Positions 23,195-32,477 of a stretch of DNA of 35,613 nt are shown here, in pieces. Source of the stretch: a virus. The notes beneath the pieces are model-generated. The model was not told the origin of the DNA, made no database searches, and was given only the letters and a program-made list of their open reading frames with translations. The translations under genes and the position numbers were made by a program. The stretch lies in UHGV virus genome UHGV-0122175; one strand, given 5' to 3'. The first letter of the stretch is position 1. Every line of letters starts with the position of its first letter.

Positions 23195-25336
23195 ATGAGT
23201 ACCACAACACGAAAATTTAAAACCGTTATCACCGATACGGGTGCAAAAAAATTAGCTCAGGCAGCCGCGCCAGATGGTAAGCCTGTCCGCCTGACTCATA
23301 TGGCCGTGGGCGACGGTGGCGGCACGTTGCCCACACCAGACAGTAAGCAGACCCGTCTGGTGCATGAGGTGTGGCGACACACTGTTAATCGCGTCATCCT
23401 GGACGCAACACATCAGAACCGCATTATTGCGGAGCTGGTTATTCCTCCTGAAACGGGCGGATTCTGGATCCGGGAAATTGGTGTATTTGATGAGCACGGC
23501 GATTTAATCGCGGTGGGCAATACTGCCGAAAGTTACAAACCAACCGTTGCCGAAGGGTCCGGACGTGCACAAACATTTCGCACCATTCTGACCGTATCCA
23601 GCACTGCCACCGTGGCGCTTACCGTGGATAACACCATGGTGATGGCCACAGTGGATTACGTGGATGACAAACTGAAAGAGCATGAACAGTCACGACGTCA
23701 CCCGGATGCCTCGCTGACCGCAAAAGGCTTTGTTCAACTCAGTAGCGCCACTAACAGCGATTCTGAAACGCTGGCTGCAACGCCGAAAGCGGTTAAGGCC
23801 GCGTATGACCTGGCTAACGGAAAATATACCGCTCAGGACGCCACGACGGCACGAAAAGGGATAGTCCAGCTCAGCAGTGCAACCAACAGCACGTCTGAAA
23901 CGCTGGCAGCGACACCAAAAGCTGTTAAGGCGGTAATGGATGAAACGAACAAGAAAGCGCCCTTAAACAGTCCTGCGCTGACCGGAACACCAACAACACC
24001 AACTGCGCCAAAAGGTACTAACAATACTCAGATCGCAAGCACGGCTTATGTTATGGCTGCGATCGCTGCCCTCGTGGACTCGTCGCCTGACGCACTGAAT
24101 ACGCTGAACGAGCTGGCTGCGGCGTTGGGCAACGACCCGAATTTTGCGACCACCATGACTAACGCGCTTGCGGGTAAGCAACCGAAAGATGCCACCCTGA
24201 CGGCGCTGGCCGGGCTTGCTACTGCGGCAGACAAGTTTCCGTATTTTACGGGGAATGATGTCGCCAGCCTGGCAACCCTGACAAAAGTCGGGCGGGATAT
24301 TCTTGCGAAATCGACCGTTGCTGCCGTTATCGAATACCTCGGTTTACAGGAAACGGTAAACAGGGCTGGTAACGCCGTGCAAAAAAATGGCGATACTTTG
24401 TCCGGTGGGCTTACTTTTGAAAATGACTCAATCCTTGCCTGGATTCGAAATACTGACTGGGCGAAGATTGGATTTAAAAATGATGCCGATGGTGACACTG
24501 ATTCATACATGTGGTTTGAGACAGGCGACAACGGCAATGAATATTTCAAATGGAGAAGCAAACAAAGTACCACAACAAAAGACCTGATGAATCTTAAATG
24601 GGATGCTTTGTATGTTCTTGTCAATGCCATTGTAAATGGCGAAGTCATATCAAAATCAGCAAACGGCCTACGTATTGCTTATGGTAATTACGGATTCTTT
24701 ATTCGTAATGATGGTTCAAATACATACTTCATGTTGACAAACTCCGGTGACAACATGGGGACTTATAACGGATTAAGGCCATTATGGATTAATAACGCTA
24801 CTGGCGCTGTTTCGATGGGGCGTGGCCTTAATGTTTCAGGGGAGACACTTTCAGACCGTTTTGCTATTAACAGCAGTAATGGTATGTGGATTCAGATGCG
24901 CGATAACAACGCTATCTTTGGGAAAAATATAGTTAACACTGATAGCGCTCAGGCGTTACTTCGCCAGAATCACGCCGACCGAAAGTTCATGATAGGTGGA
25001 CTGGGGAACAAGCAATTTGGCATCTACATGATTAATAACTCAAGGACAGCCAATGGCACCGATGGTCAGGCGTACATGGACAATAACGGTAACTGGCTTT
25101 GCGGTGCGCAAATTATTCCCGGAAATTATGGCAATTTTGACTCACGCTATGTGAGAGATGTCCGACTTGGCACACGTGTTGTTCAATTGATGGCGCGTGG
25201 AGGGCGTTATGAAATAGCCGGACACGCACTTACCGGATTAAGGATTATTGGTGAAGTTGATGGCGATGATGAAGCTATCTTCAGGCCGATACAAAAATAC
25301 ATCAATGGCATATGGTATAACGTCGCACAGGTGTAA
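23195..25336 (+). CDS. H: Tail fibre protein H (constant N-terminal part plus variable C-terminal part Hv)
   Basis: 713 aa. The N-terminus matches the P2/Mu fibre constant domain. Duplicated STNS.SETLAATPKAVKA motifs. A gix-like crossover site lies inside the gene at 24327..24352. Confidence 0.85.
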   Translation: MSTTTRKFKTVITDTGAKKLAQAAAPDGKPVRLTHMAVGDGGGTLPTPDSKQTRLVHEVWRHTVNRVILDATHQNRIIAELVIPPETGGFWIREIGVFDEHGDLIAVGNTAESYKPTVAEGSGRAQTFRTILTVSSTATVALTVDNTMVMATVDYVDDKLKEHEQSRRHPDASLTAKGFVQLSSATNSDSETLAATPKAVKAAYDLANGKYTAQDATTARKGIVQLSSATNSTSETLAATPKAVKAVMDETNKKAPLNSPALTGTPTTPTAPKGTNNTQIASTAYVMAAIAALVDSSPDALNTLNELAAALGNDPNFATTMTNALAGKQPKDATLTALAGLATAADKFPYFTGNDVASLATLTKVGRDILAKSTVAAVIEYLGLQETVNRAGNAVQKNGDTLSGGLTFENDSILAWIRNTDWAKIGFKNDADGDTDSYMWFETGDNGNEYFKWRSKQSTTTKDLMNLKWDALYVLVNAIVNGEVISKSANGLRIAYGNYGFFIRNDGSNTYFMLTNSGDNMGTYNGLRPLWINNATGAVSMGRGLNVSGETLSDRFAINSSNGMWIQMRDNNAIFGKNIVNTDSAQALLRQNHADRKFMIGGLGNKQFGIYMINNSRTANGTDGQAYMDNNGNWLCGAQIIPGNYGNFDSRYVRDVRLGTRVVQLMARGGRYEIAGHALTGLRIIGEVDGDDEAIFRPIQKYINGIWYNVAQV
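24327..24352. repeat. gix/hix-like invertase crossover site (left, inside H)
   Basis: TTATCGAATACCTCGGTTTACAGGAA. Its extended 34-bp form (24327..24360) is an inverted repeat of 27369..27402 with two mismatches. Confidence 0.75.
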
Positions 25337-25339
25337 ATT

Positions 25340-25867
25340 ATGCAGCACTAAAAAAATATCAGGTCAGGAAACCCAAAGACAAAAGAGCAATACCAATTAA
25401 CAAAGAATTTTGACGTAATCTGGTTGTGGTCTGAAGACGGAAAAAACTGGTATGAGGAAGTGAAAAACTTTCAACCAGACACAATAAAGATTGTTTACGA
25501 TGAAAATAATATTATTGTCGCCATCACCAAAGATGCATCCACGCTTAACCCTGAAGGTTTTAGCGTCGTTGAGGTTCCCGATATTACAGCCAACCGCCGC
25601 GCTGATGATTCAGGAAAGTGGATGTTTAAGGATGGAGCTGTAGTTAAACGGATTTATACGGCAGACGAACAGCAACAACAAGCTGAATCACAAAAGGCCG
25701 CATTGCTTTCCGAAGCTGAATCAGTCATCCAGCCGCTGGAACGCGCTGTCAGGCTGAATATGGCAACAGACGAGGAACGCACACGACTGGAAGCATGGGA
25801 ACGCTACAGTGTTCTGGTCAGCCGTGTGGATACGGCAAATCCTGAATGGCCACAAAAGCCTGAATAA
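25340..25867 (+). CDS. G: Tail fibre assembly chaperone G (expressed orientation), with in-frame TAA at codon 4
   Basis: ATG 25340, CAG, CAC, then TAA (25349..25351). The frame reopens and matches G' residue for residue ([36 protein letters not shown]). The ORF track restarts at TTG 25424. Confidence 0.6.
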
Positions 25868-25895
25868 AAATTAAGGCCCGATAGCGGGCCTTGTC

Positions 25896-26429
25896 TCATT
25901 CAGGTTGTTCGGGAAACGTTACTGGCAGGCTGGAAGTGTCTGTAGATTCGACTTTCTGCGCAAAGAGCATCCACTCTGTTAATTTTTGTTTATTCTCGTC
26001 GGAAATGATGCCCAGCCGTAGCTGTGAGTCCCATAGCTGGGTTTTATCCCTGACGAGCTGTAGCAGGCTTTGCTTTTCATTTTCCGCCAGCTGCCTCTGC
26101 TCTTCCTCGGTATAAGTTCGCTTTACCACTACGCCATCTTTGAACATCCACTTACCCGAAATGTCAGCACGGCGATTTGCTGTAATATCAGGTAATTCAA
26201 CGACGCTTGCGCCTTCCGGATTAATTGCTGAAACATCCTTTTCAATACAAATAATAACGCCGTTATGGTCATAGACCATTTTCAAAGTGTCTGGCTGGAA
26301 ATTCTTTTGTTCCTCATACCAGTTTTTCCCATCCTCTGTATAAAGCCATTTGATGTTAAATTGTTTCGTTAGCTGGTATTGCTCTTTTGTTTTAGGGTTG
26401 CCAGCAGTAATATTTTTTAAGTGCATCAT
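25896..26429 (-). CDS. Alternative tail fibre assembly chaperone G'
   Basis: 177 aa, intact. N-terminus [40 protein letters not shown] parallels G. Confidence 0.8.
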   Translation of the reverse strand: MMHLKNITAGNPKTKEQYQLTKQFNIKWLYTEDGKNWYEEQKNFQPDTLKMVYDHNGVIICIEKDVSAINPEGASVVELPDITANRRADISGKWMFKDGVVVKRTYTEEEQRQLAENEKQSLLQLVRDKTQLWDSQLRLGIISDENKQKLTEWMLFAQKVESTDTSSLPVTFPEQPE

Positions 26430-26431
26430 AA

Positions 26432-27376
26432 TTAAATACTCCCCGCGTTATACCACGTTCCATTAATGCAATACTGAATTGGCCTTGCCTGAGTTGTATC
26501 AATTAATTCATCACGGTTTCCGTTAACTGAACCCGTAACGACATAACCTGACCTGTCAGACCAGCCGGGGCCATTCCATGTCTGAACAGATGACAGACCG
26601 CCAAGGCGAATACCTGTAATAAACCTTGAGTTACATTCTGCCTGCGTGTATGCACCAACATCTCCCGCAGAGGGTTTGCGGGTCGTGGTGTAAAACTCTG
26701 ACCAGTCAGCCTCAAATCCATAACCATCACGCGCTGAACGATAAAAAATACCGCCGTTCCTGTAATTCACGCGGAACTGTACAGCAGGGCAGCTCCCCGT
26801 ATTCATATTGAAGTGGAGGATTAATGTCGATGTGCCACCAATGTTTGCGTTATAGACCCCGCTATTCCAGTTCCAGCCAACAGCTTTATCATTTCCGACA
26901 GTGCTTCCTGTTTGTCCTAAAGCAAATGCAGGTTGTTGATTTTTCGTGTTGTAGTCTCGTCGCCAGCCAGGAGCATAAGCATCACCATGATTAATATAAG
27001 TGAATTGAGCGTTAGTAATTCCGCCACCGCTGGACGTGCTCGGCGTGGTAACGCGTATGGTCATTGCGCTGCGAGTGCCAATAACTTCCACCACAGCACC
27101 TGCAAGACAAATATTTCCGCAACCTGTATCTGTAATGACCTTATTATTTGCATAAGCCCATGAGCCTTTGCACATCCAGTAAGGATGGTTAAATGCTCCC
27201 TGACTCTCCAGCCACGAAATAAATTGCGCGGTTGTCCAGACCTGACTATCGCCACCAATATTCAGCCATGCGCTATATGCGCGGCAGGCCCCAATATTTT
27301 TGGTGAAGGTATCTTTTCCCGGAATATCTGCGCCGTTCTGGTTTTTCTGTAATGCGCCAGAAGCCTGATTTACCGT
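26432..27376 (-). CDS. Alternative tail-fibre C-terminal segment H'v (no promoter or start of its own in this orientation)
   Basis: The minus-strand frame is open from the right gix site down to 26432. It begins LGLQETVNQASGALQKN..., parallel to H residues EYLGLQETVNRAGNAVQKN. Confidence 0.7.
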   Translation of the reverse strand, partial: TVNQASGALQKNQNGADIPGKDTFTKNIGACRAYSAWLNIGGDSQVWTTAQFISWLESQGAFNHPYWMCKGSWAYANNKVITDTGCGNICLAGAVVEVIGTRSAMTIRVTTPSTSSGGGITNAQFTYINHGDAYAPGWRRDYNTKNQQPAFALGQTGSTVGNDKAVGWNWNSGVYNANIGGTSTLILHFNMNTGSCPAVQFRVNYRNGGIFYRSARDGYGFEADWSEFYTTTRKPSAGDVGAYTQAECNSRFITGIRLGGLSSVQTWNGPGWSDRSGYVVTGSVNGNRDELIDTTQARPIQYCINGTWYNAGSI

Positions 27377-27402
27377 TTCCTGTAAACCGAGGTTTTAGAT
27401 AA
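27377..27402. repeat. gix/hix-like invertase crossover site (right)
   Basis: TTCCTGTAAACCGAGGTTTTAGATAA. Near-identical to the Mu gixL sequence as I recall it (TTCCTGTAAACCGAGGTTTTGGATAA). Confidence 0.75.
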
Positions 27403-27456
27403 TGGCCGTTTCCGGCCTGCATGGCATGATTTGCGCTTTTGGACGGGAGATTCAGC

Positions 27457-28047
27457 GTGCTGATTGGCTATGTAAGGGTATCAACAAATGACCAGAATAC
27501 AGACCTGCAACGAAACGCTCTTGTTTGTGCCGGATGTGAACAAATATTTGAAGATAAATTAAGCGGGACAAAGACAGACCGACCGGGATTAAAACGCGCT
27601 TTAAAGCGCCTTCAAAAAGGTGACACGCTGGTTGTCTGGAAACTGGATCGCCTCGGGCGAAGCATGAAACATCTGATTTCTCTCGTCGGGGAACTACGGG
27701 AGCGAGGGATTAATTTTCGCAGTCTGACCGATAGCATAGATACATCTTCTCCAATGGGGCGTTTTTTCTTCCACGTGATGGGTGCCCTGGCTGAAATGGA
27801 ACGTGAATTAATTGTTGAACGTACACTGGCCGGACTGGCGGCAGCGCGCGCACGGGGGCGCACAGGCGGACGTCGACCGAAGCTGACAAAAGAACAGCAT
27901 GAGCAAATAGCAAGGCTGATTAAAAACGGTCACGACAGAAAACAACTGGCAATAATTTACAGCATTGGTATATCGACAATTTATCGTTACCACCCCGCAG
28001 GAGAATCAAGTGGAACAATTGAGAAGAGTAAACAAAATAACCGCTAA
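27457..28047 (+). CDS. Serine DNA invertase (Gin/Pin/Cin/Hin family)
   Basis: GTG start with GGGAGA ribosome-binding site. N-terminus LIGYVRVSTNDQNTDLQRNAL with the catalytic Ser, and a C-terminal HTH. Sits just outside the invertible segment. Confidence 0.9.
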   Translation: MLIGYVRVSTNDQNTDLQRNALVCAGCEQIFEDKLSGTKTDRPGLKRALKRLQKGDTLVVWKLDRLGRSMKHLISLVGELRERGINFRSLTDSIDTSSPMGRFFFHVMGALAEMERELIVERTLAGLAAARARGRTGGRRPKLTKEQHEQIARLIKNGHDRKQLAIIYSIGISTIYRYHPAGESSGTIEKSKQNNR

Positions 28048-28068
28048 TCTGGCCATTAGCGGTTTTTG
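28040..28068. terminator. Bidirectional intrinsic terminator between the convergent invertase and U genes
   Basis: ACCGCTAAT-ctggcc-ATTAGCGGT stem followed by TTTTT. The invertase stop codon lies inside the stem. Confidence 0.6.
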
Positions 28069-28075
28069 TGTTAAA

Positions 28076-28570
28076 TCAGAACAGCCCTTTAACGGAGCTG
28101 GCCGCGCTGTTAAGGGATGATGTGACCTTATCTTTGAAGCCGGACAGCATATCGCTGAACGATGAGGATTGCAGGCGCTCCCGCAAATCCTCATCACAGC
28201 GTTCAAGGGTCAGTGAAAATTCTATTTTTTTCGCCTTACCGTAGCGATCAAATTCAGAGCGGGTCGTATTCGTTCCGGTCAGGACATACATGCCGTAAAT
28301 CTGCCCGACACCATCAATCAGAGGCCAGGGGCGTCCTGTATATGCCTGCGTGGTCAGCAGCGACAGCGACACTTCGCCACCTGTAATTTCAGGATAAAGC
28401 ACACCGGAAAGCACGATGCGATCATCACCTGCACCGATATACTGCCAGCTTGCTGAACGGTTAACGCGTTCATTTTTCACATGCCGCCAGCTTTTGTTTT
28501 GCTGTAACTGCTGATGCGGCAGCGTGCGCAGCTCAAAAACAAACATGCCGTAGATCATCATCATGACCAT
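28076..28570 (-). CDS. U: Tail protein U-like
   Basis: 164 aa, close to P2 U in size, immediately downstream of the tape measure gene on the minus strand. Confidence 0.7.
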   Translation of the reverse strand: MVMMMIYGMFVFELRTLPHQQLQQNKSWRHVKNERVNRSASWQYIGAGDDRIVLSGVLYPEITGGEVSLSLLTTQAYTGRPWPLIDGVGQIYGMYVLTGTNTTRSEFDRYGKAKKIEFSLTLERCDEDLRERLQSSSFSDMLSGFKDKVTSSLNSAASSVKGLF

Positions 28571-28576
28571 GACTCC

Positions 28577-31420
28577 TCAATCTTTATCGTAAAAACTGCC
28601 ACGTCCGGCACGGGCGCGCCGTTCCATTTCTGCCCTGACCATTTCACCGACCAGTTTCGCCAGTTCGCGGGGATTCTGTGTAACGACGTTATGCAGATGA
28701 ACATGAATTTCACCGCCAAATCCTGAGGCAACAGGCTCCCGGTTACGGGAAGTTACAGGAACTGATGCCACTGGAGATCGTATGGCCTCCGCCACCGGGC
28801 GGGAGCTGGCCGCAACAACAGGGACCAGCGCCGGAGGCAGCGGAGCCGGGACCACGGGTGTGATATTAATTGCGGGGGCAGGCTTACTGACCTGCGCAAT
28901 CTTCCGCTCCTGCCACTCCCCACGAACAGCAAGTGCGCGGGGCAGGTTCTTAAAGACAATATCGCCGGGGCCAATGCGTTTTTTCGTCTCATCAACCAGC
29001 TTACCTGTGTTATCAGCAATTTTGCTGAGTCTGCGCAGCGTACCAGTATTGCTGTCTGTGAGCGGTTTATTGTCTTTGGGGTTATCACCTCCGGTGCCAT
29101 TGCCATTTTCTACAGGCTTCGGCGGATTGATTTTCGCCAGGTCCCCCTGAAGCAAGGCAACCTTGTCCTGAAGAATGGCCGCACGCTGTGCGTCTTCGAT
29201 TTTCTTTCTCGCCCTTTCCGCTTCATCCGGAAGAACACCGAGTTTTTCAAGTATCCACGCCAGCGTATCCAGCAACATTTTTGCAGGCGTCAGAACAAGC
29301 TGTAACGCGCCACCAAGAACGTTACCGAATATCTCGCCAGCACTGGTACATTTATCCAGCGTTTCCTTGCTGGACTCCATCGGTGACAGCAGCGATTTAA
29401 ACCAGTTAAACACCTGGCTGATCCCGCTTCCGATTGCGTCAAAAACAGGGCCAAACCGTTCAAAGGTTTCACGCAACGGGTTCAGCCTTTCCATAATCCC
29501 GTTGAACACCCCGGCATAAAACGCCTTAATGGGTTCCCAGTATTTCCAGATGAGAACCGCCGCAGCCACAAACGCAGCGGCAATCAATCCGACCGGACTG
29601 AACAGCGCCCCGATAGCGCCTCCCAGTAAAGAAACGGAACCCGTCACCATTCCCCATAGTGCTGGCAGGACCCTGACAGCATTCATTGATCCGGTCAGGA
29701 GAGAAAAACCAAGACGCAGTTTTGCCAGCGGGCCAGCAAGCACACCAATAGCCAGCGACAACGAGCCAACCGTTGCAGTCATTGCCAGCAACGCACCGCC
29801 TGCTATCAGTAGCTGGCGCGTCAGTGCCGGATGGGCCTGCGCCAGCGCCGTCACCCTTGATACCACCCGCGTGAGCCACTGCGTGACAGAACGCAGCGGA
29901 CCGTCAATCAGATCTGCAATGCGGATGCGCAACCCTTCCCATGCACTGCCGAGTGATTTCAGATCGCCGTCAAGGTTGTTGGCCATAACCTTTGCTGTGC
30001 GTTCAGCCTCACCGCGCGCGCCTTCAAGTTCTTTTCTCAGTTTGGGTAAGGAACCGTCACCCGCTGCATCAACGAGCGCCATAAACGATGTGAAAGCCTC
30101 TTCTCCGGCAATGTCCTTAAAGAACGATACCCGGTCAACTTCCCCGTATTTGCGGGTGGCTTTATAAAGGTCGGCCAGCACATCCTCCATCGGGCGCATT
30201 TTGCCGTTCGCGTCAGAGACTGCCACACCAAGCTCTTTCAGAGCTTCTGCCGCCGCCTTTGGCGGTGATGCCAGACGAGCCAGGCTGGCACGCATTGCCG
30301 TCCCGGCATCACTCCCTCTGATACCCATATTCGCCAGCACGCCCGCCATCGCTGCGGCCTGCTCCAGCGATATCCCCAGCTTGCCCGCCACCGGACCTGC
30401 ATATTTCATGGTTTCGCCCAGTGCGCGAAGGTCAGTGTTGGTACGGGTAAACGCTGCGGTGAGCGTGTCGCCAACCCGGTCCATCTGGTCAGCAGAAAGG
30501 CCGAACTGCGTCAGGATATTTGAGCCAATATCCGCCGTCTCGCCGAGATCCATGCCGCCAGCCGTTGCCATGCTCAGCACGCCCGGAAGCGCAGCCTGAA
30601 TGGCCTGCGGTGTGAAGCCAGCCATTGCAAGAAATGCCTGCCCACTGGCGGCATCGCCTGCGGTGAACTGCGTTTCAGAGCCAAGTTTTAACGCCTGCTC
30701 ACGCAGCGCCTTAAACTGCGGGCTGTTTTTGTCGATTCGCGTCAGTGCCTGAACGCGGGACATCTCTTTCCCGAACCCGATCGCAGGCTGCAAAAAACGC
30801 CCGGCAGCATAGCCGCCAGCCGCTGCCGCACCAATTGCCAGCGCACCACCTGTTTTCAGTTTTCCCGCTGTTTCCTGCGCGCGCGAATACCGCTCACGCG
30901 CCCGCGTTACACGCGCAAGCGCCTGCCGTTCGCGTTCAAGCTGGTTGTTGTACTGTTCGGTGCGTCTGATGGCCTGCTGGATGGTGTTATCGCTGCCTGT
31001 CAGGGAAATGCCGTGGCGTTTCAGCTCTCCGCCAAGCTCCCGCATTTTCTGAATTTCCCGTGTACGCGATTCATTCAGGCGTTCAAGCCGGGTGCTTAAC
31101 TGCTGCATCAGCTTTTGTTGTTTTTCGCTGAGCACTGTACCCGTGCGTTGTAACTGATTAAGGGCGTTAAGCTGGCGTCGTGCTTTCACGATGCCCGCAT
31201 CCGCTTTACTGACAGCGTCGCGGGCGCGCTCAAATGATCGCGCCTGACGCTCGAGATTTTTGATCGCCCCCTGCGTTCGCTGGATGGAGTCACCAAACTG
31301 CCCCATCAGGCGGCGGGCGTTTTCGGCAGGTCGGGTCAGCCTGTCAACGGCGCTGAAAGCGACCCGGATATCAAGAGTCTTCATTGTCTGCATTCCCGCT
31401 GCGAAGTGCCGCCCGCTCAC
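28577..31420 (-). CDS. T: Tail tape measure protein (P2 T-like)
   Basis: 947 aa with a coiled-coil N-terminal third and a Gly/Ala-rich hydrophobic core. Located after the E/E' chaperone pair. Confidence 0.85.
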   Translation of the reverse strand: MSGRHFAAGMQTMKTLDIRVAFSAVDRLTRPAENARRLMGQFGDSIQRTQGAIKNLERQARSFERARDAVSKADAGIVKARRQLNALNQLQRTGTVLSEKQQKLMQQLSTRLERLNESRTREIQKMRELGGELKRHGISLTGSDNTIQQAIRRTEQYNNQLERERQALARVTRARERYSRAQETAGKLKTGGALAIGAAAAGGYAAGRFLQPAIGFGKEMSRVQALTRIDKNSPQFKALREQALKLGSETQFTAGDAASGQAFLAMAGFTPQAIQAALPGVLSMATAGGMDLGETADIGSNILTQFGLSADQMDRVGDTLTAAFTRTNTDLRALGETMKYAGPVAGKLGISLEQAAAMAGVLANMGIRGSDAGTAMRASLARLASPPKAAAEALKELGVAVSDANGKMRPMEDVLADLYKATRKYGEVDRVSFFKDIAGEEAFTSFMALVDAAGDGSLPKLRKELEGARGEAERTAKVMANNLDGDLKSLGSAWEGLRIRIADLIDGPLRSVTQWLTRVVSRVTALAQAHPALTRQLLIAGGALLAMTATVGSLSLAIGVLAGPLAKLRLGFSLLTGSMNAVRVLPALWGMVTGSVSLLGGAIGALFSPVGLIAAAFVAAAVLIWKYWEPIKAFYAGVFNGIMERLNPLRETFERFGPVFDAIGSGISQVFNWFKSLLSPMESSKETLDKCTSAGEIFGNVLGGALQLVLTPAKMLLDTLAWILEKLGVLPDEAERARKKIEDAQRAAILQDKVALLQGDLAKINPPKPVENGNGTGGDNPKDNKPLTDSNTGTLRRLSKIADNTGKLVDETKKRIGPGDIVFKNLPRALAVRGEWQERKIAQVSKPAPAINITPVVPAPLPPALVPVVAASSRPVAEAIRSPVASVPVTSRNREPVASGFGGEIHVHLHNVVTQNPRELAKLVGEMVRAEMERRARAGRGSFYDKD

Positions 31421-31640
31421 GCCAGCTAACCACTTCGCCGGGCGTCATCATGAAGATTTCGGCGGGCGACCAGTTAAAAATGGCGGCGATATCTGCCACC
31501 AGATCTTCGATGTGATCAAAGCACACCAGGGTGATTACGCTGCCGTCTCCTGCACGCTCTTCGCGCCAGAGTCTGGCTCGCTCATAAAATTTACAGCCAC
31601 AGCGCACAACTGAATAAAATCGCGTGACGACATTTTTTTA
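31371..31640 (-). CDS. E' extension, -1 frame relative to E (frameshift product E+E')
   Basis: The -1 frame is open from just downstream of the A7 run (plus strand T7 at 31633..31639) to 31371. This overlaps the 3' end of E, as in the P2 E/E' and lambda G/GT arrangement. Confidence 0.5.
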
Positions 31641-31909
31641 ATCATCACTTCATCCAGTCGTGGCGAGGTCACGCGAGGCAACAGCGTGAACATGGTATCC
31701 GCTTTCAGATTCAGCACATCAGACAGCGACAGACCACGCAGGGATCCAGCCTGTTCAATAGCCCCGGTGATCTCCACATACGTGATTTTTTCGCCACCAC
31801 GCTCAATTGGTCGGGTCAGTTTTACGCCACGTTCGACAGCCATATCCTCGCCTGCCGTCACATCATCCGCCACGGTGTTATTCCGGGTTTCAGTATCGAT
31901 GTCTTTCAT
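31535..31909 (-). CDS. E: Tail assembly chaperone E-like
   Basis: 124 aa between the tube and tape measure genes. Contains an ATT-AAA-AAA-ATG run near its 3' end. Confidence 0.7.
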   Translation of the reverse strand: MKDIDTETRNNTVADDVTAGEDMAVERGVKLTRPIERGGEKITYVEITGAIEQAGSLRGLSLSDVLNLKADTMFTLLPRVTSPRLDEVMIKKMSSRDFIQLCAVAVNFMSEPDSGAKSVQETAA

Positions 31910-31964
31910 CAGTTGTCTCCTTTTCAGTCAGAGGCGACGCACTGCGCCGCCTGCATATTACTTA

Positions 31965-32477
31965 TCAGCCAAGCCCAAGCGCGGAACGGATACGGTCAGG
32001 CACAATGTCCTTGCCGTCCTTCCGGTAGATGTGGTTCAACAGGTCGATTTCCCACAGCGGGCGATCGTTAACGCTCAGCTTGTAGTAGGTGTTTTTGACA
32101 GCGTAAGTGTGTGATGTGGCTTCGCCCTGTTTGGCTTCCCCCATATCAATTTCCGTCACACGCCCGCGCATCTCGATTTCATACAGATCGCTTTCTGCAT
32201 CGGTGTAGTATTCACCCGCAAAACGCAGCAGCGTGCCGTCAATCGTACCGCCATATTTAAGGAACAGCGCACGAACAGCTCCCCCCATGACAAAACTCGC
32301 ATCAAGCGCGGAGTCGTCCAGACCGAGATCAATACTTACCGCCCCCATCATGCCACCACCACGATAGCTGTCGGTTTTGCGCGTCAGTTTGGGCGGCGTG
32401 ACGGATGTCACTTTACCCACTTCGTTTTCACCATCCACAAACAACGTAAAAAAGCGAAGATGTTTTGGTACAGCCAT
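31965..32477 (-). CDS. FII: Tail tube protein (P2 FII-like)
   Basis: 170 aa, close to P2 FII in size, immediately downstream of the sheath gene. Confidence 0.85.
   Translation of the reverse strand: MAVPKHLRFFTLFVDGENEVGKVTSVTPPKLTRKTDSYRGGGMMGAVSIDLGLDDSALDASFVMGGAVRALFLKYGGTIDGTLLRFAGEYYTDAESDLYEIEMRGRVTEIDMGEAKQGEATSHTYAVKNTYYKLSVNDRPLWEIDLLNHIYRKDGKDIVPDRIRSALGLG

Larger units (their letters stand above)
24353..27376. mobile_element. Invertible tail-fibre segment (Mu G-segment / P1 C-segment type)
   Basis: About 3.0 kb bounded by inverted gix-like sites. Holds Hv and G on the plus strand and G' and H'v on the minus strand. The reading frame is open across both crossover sites and encodes LGLQETVN on each side. 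Confidence 0.7.

Noticed and set aside
27439-27456. TTG start for the invertase from the ORF track
   Set aside because: GTG at 27457 has a GGGAGA ribosome-binding site at optimal spacing and gives the canonical Gin-family N-terminus (M)LIGYVRVS.
28753-30599. Several 100 to 210-aa ORFs in alternate frames and strands across the tape measure gene
   Set aside because: They overlap the 947-aa tape measure ORF, are Ala/Ser/Pro/Arg-rich as expected for off-frame readings of GC-rich coding DNA, and lack recognisable starts.
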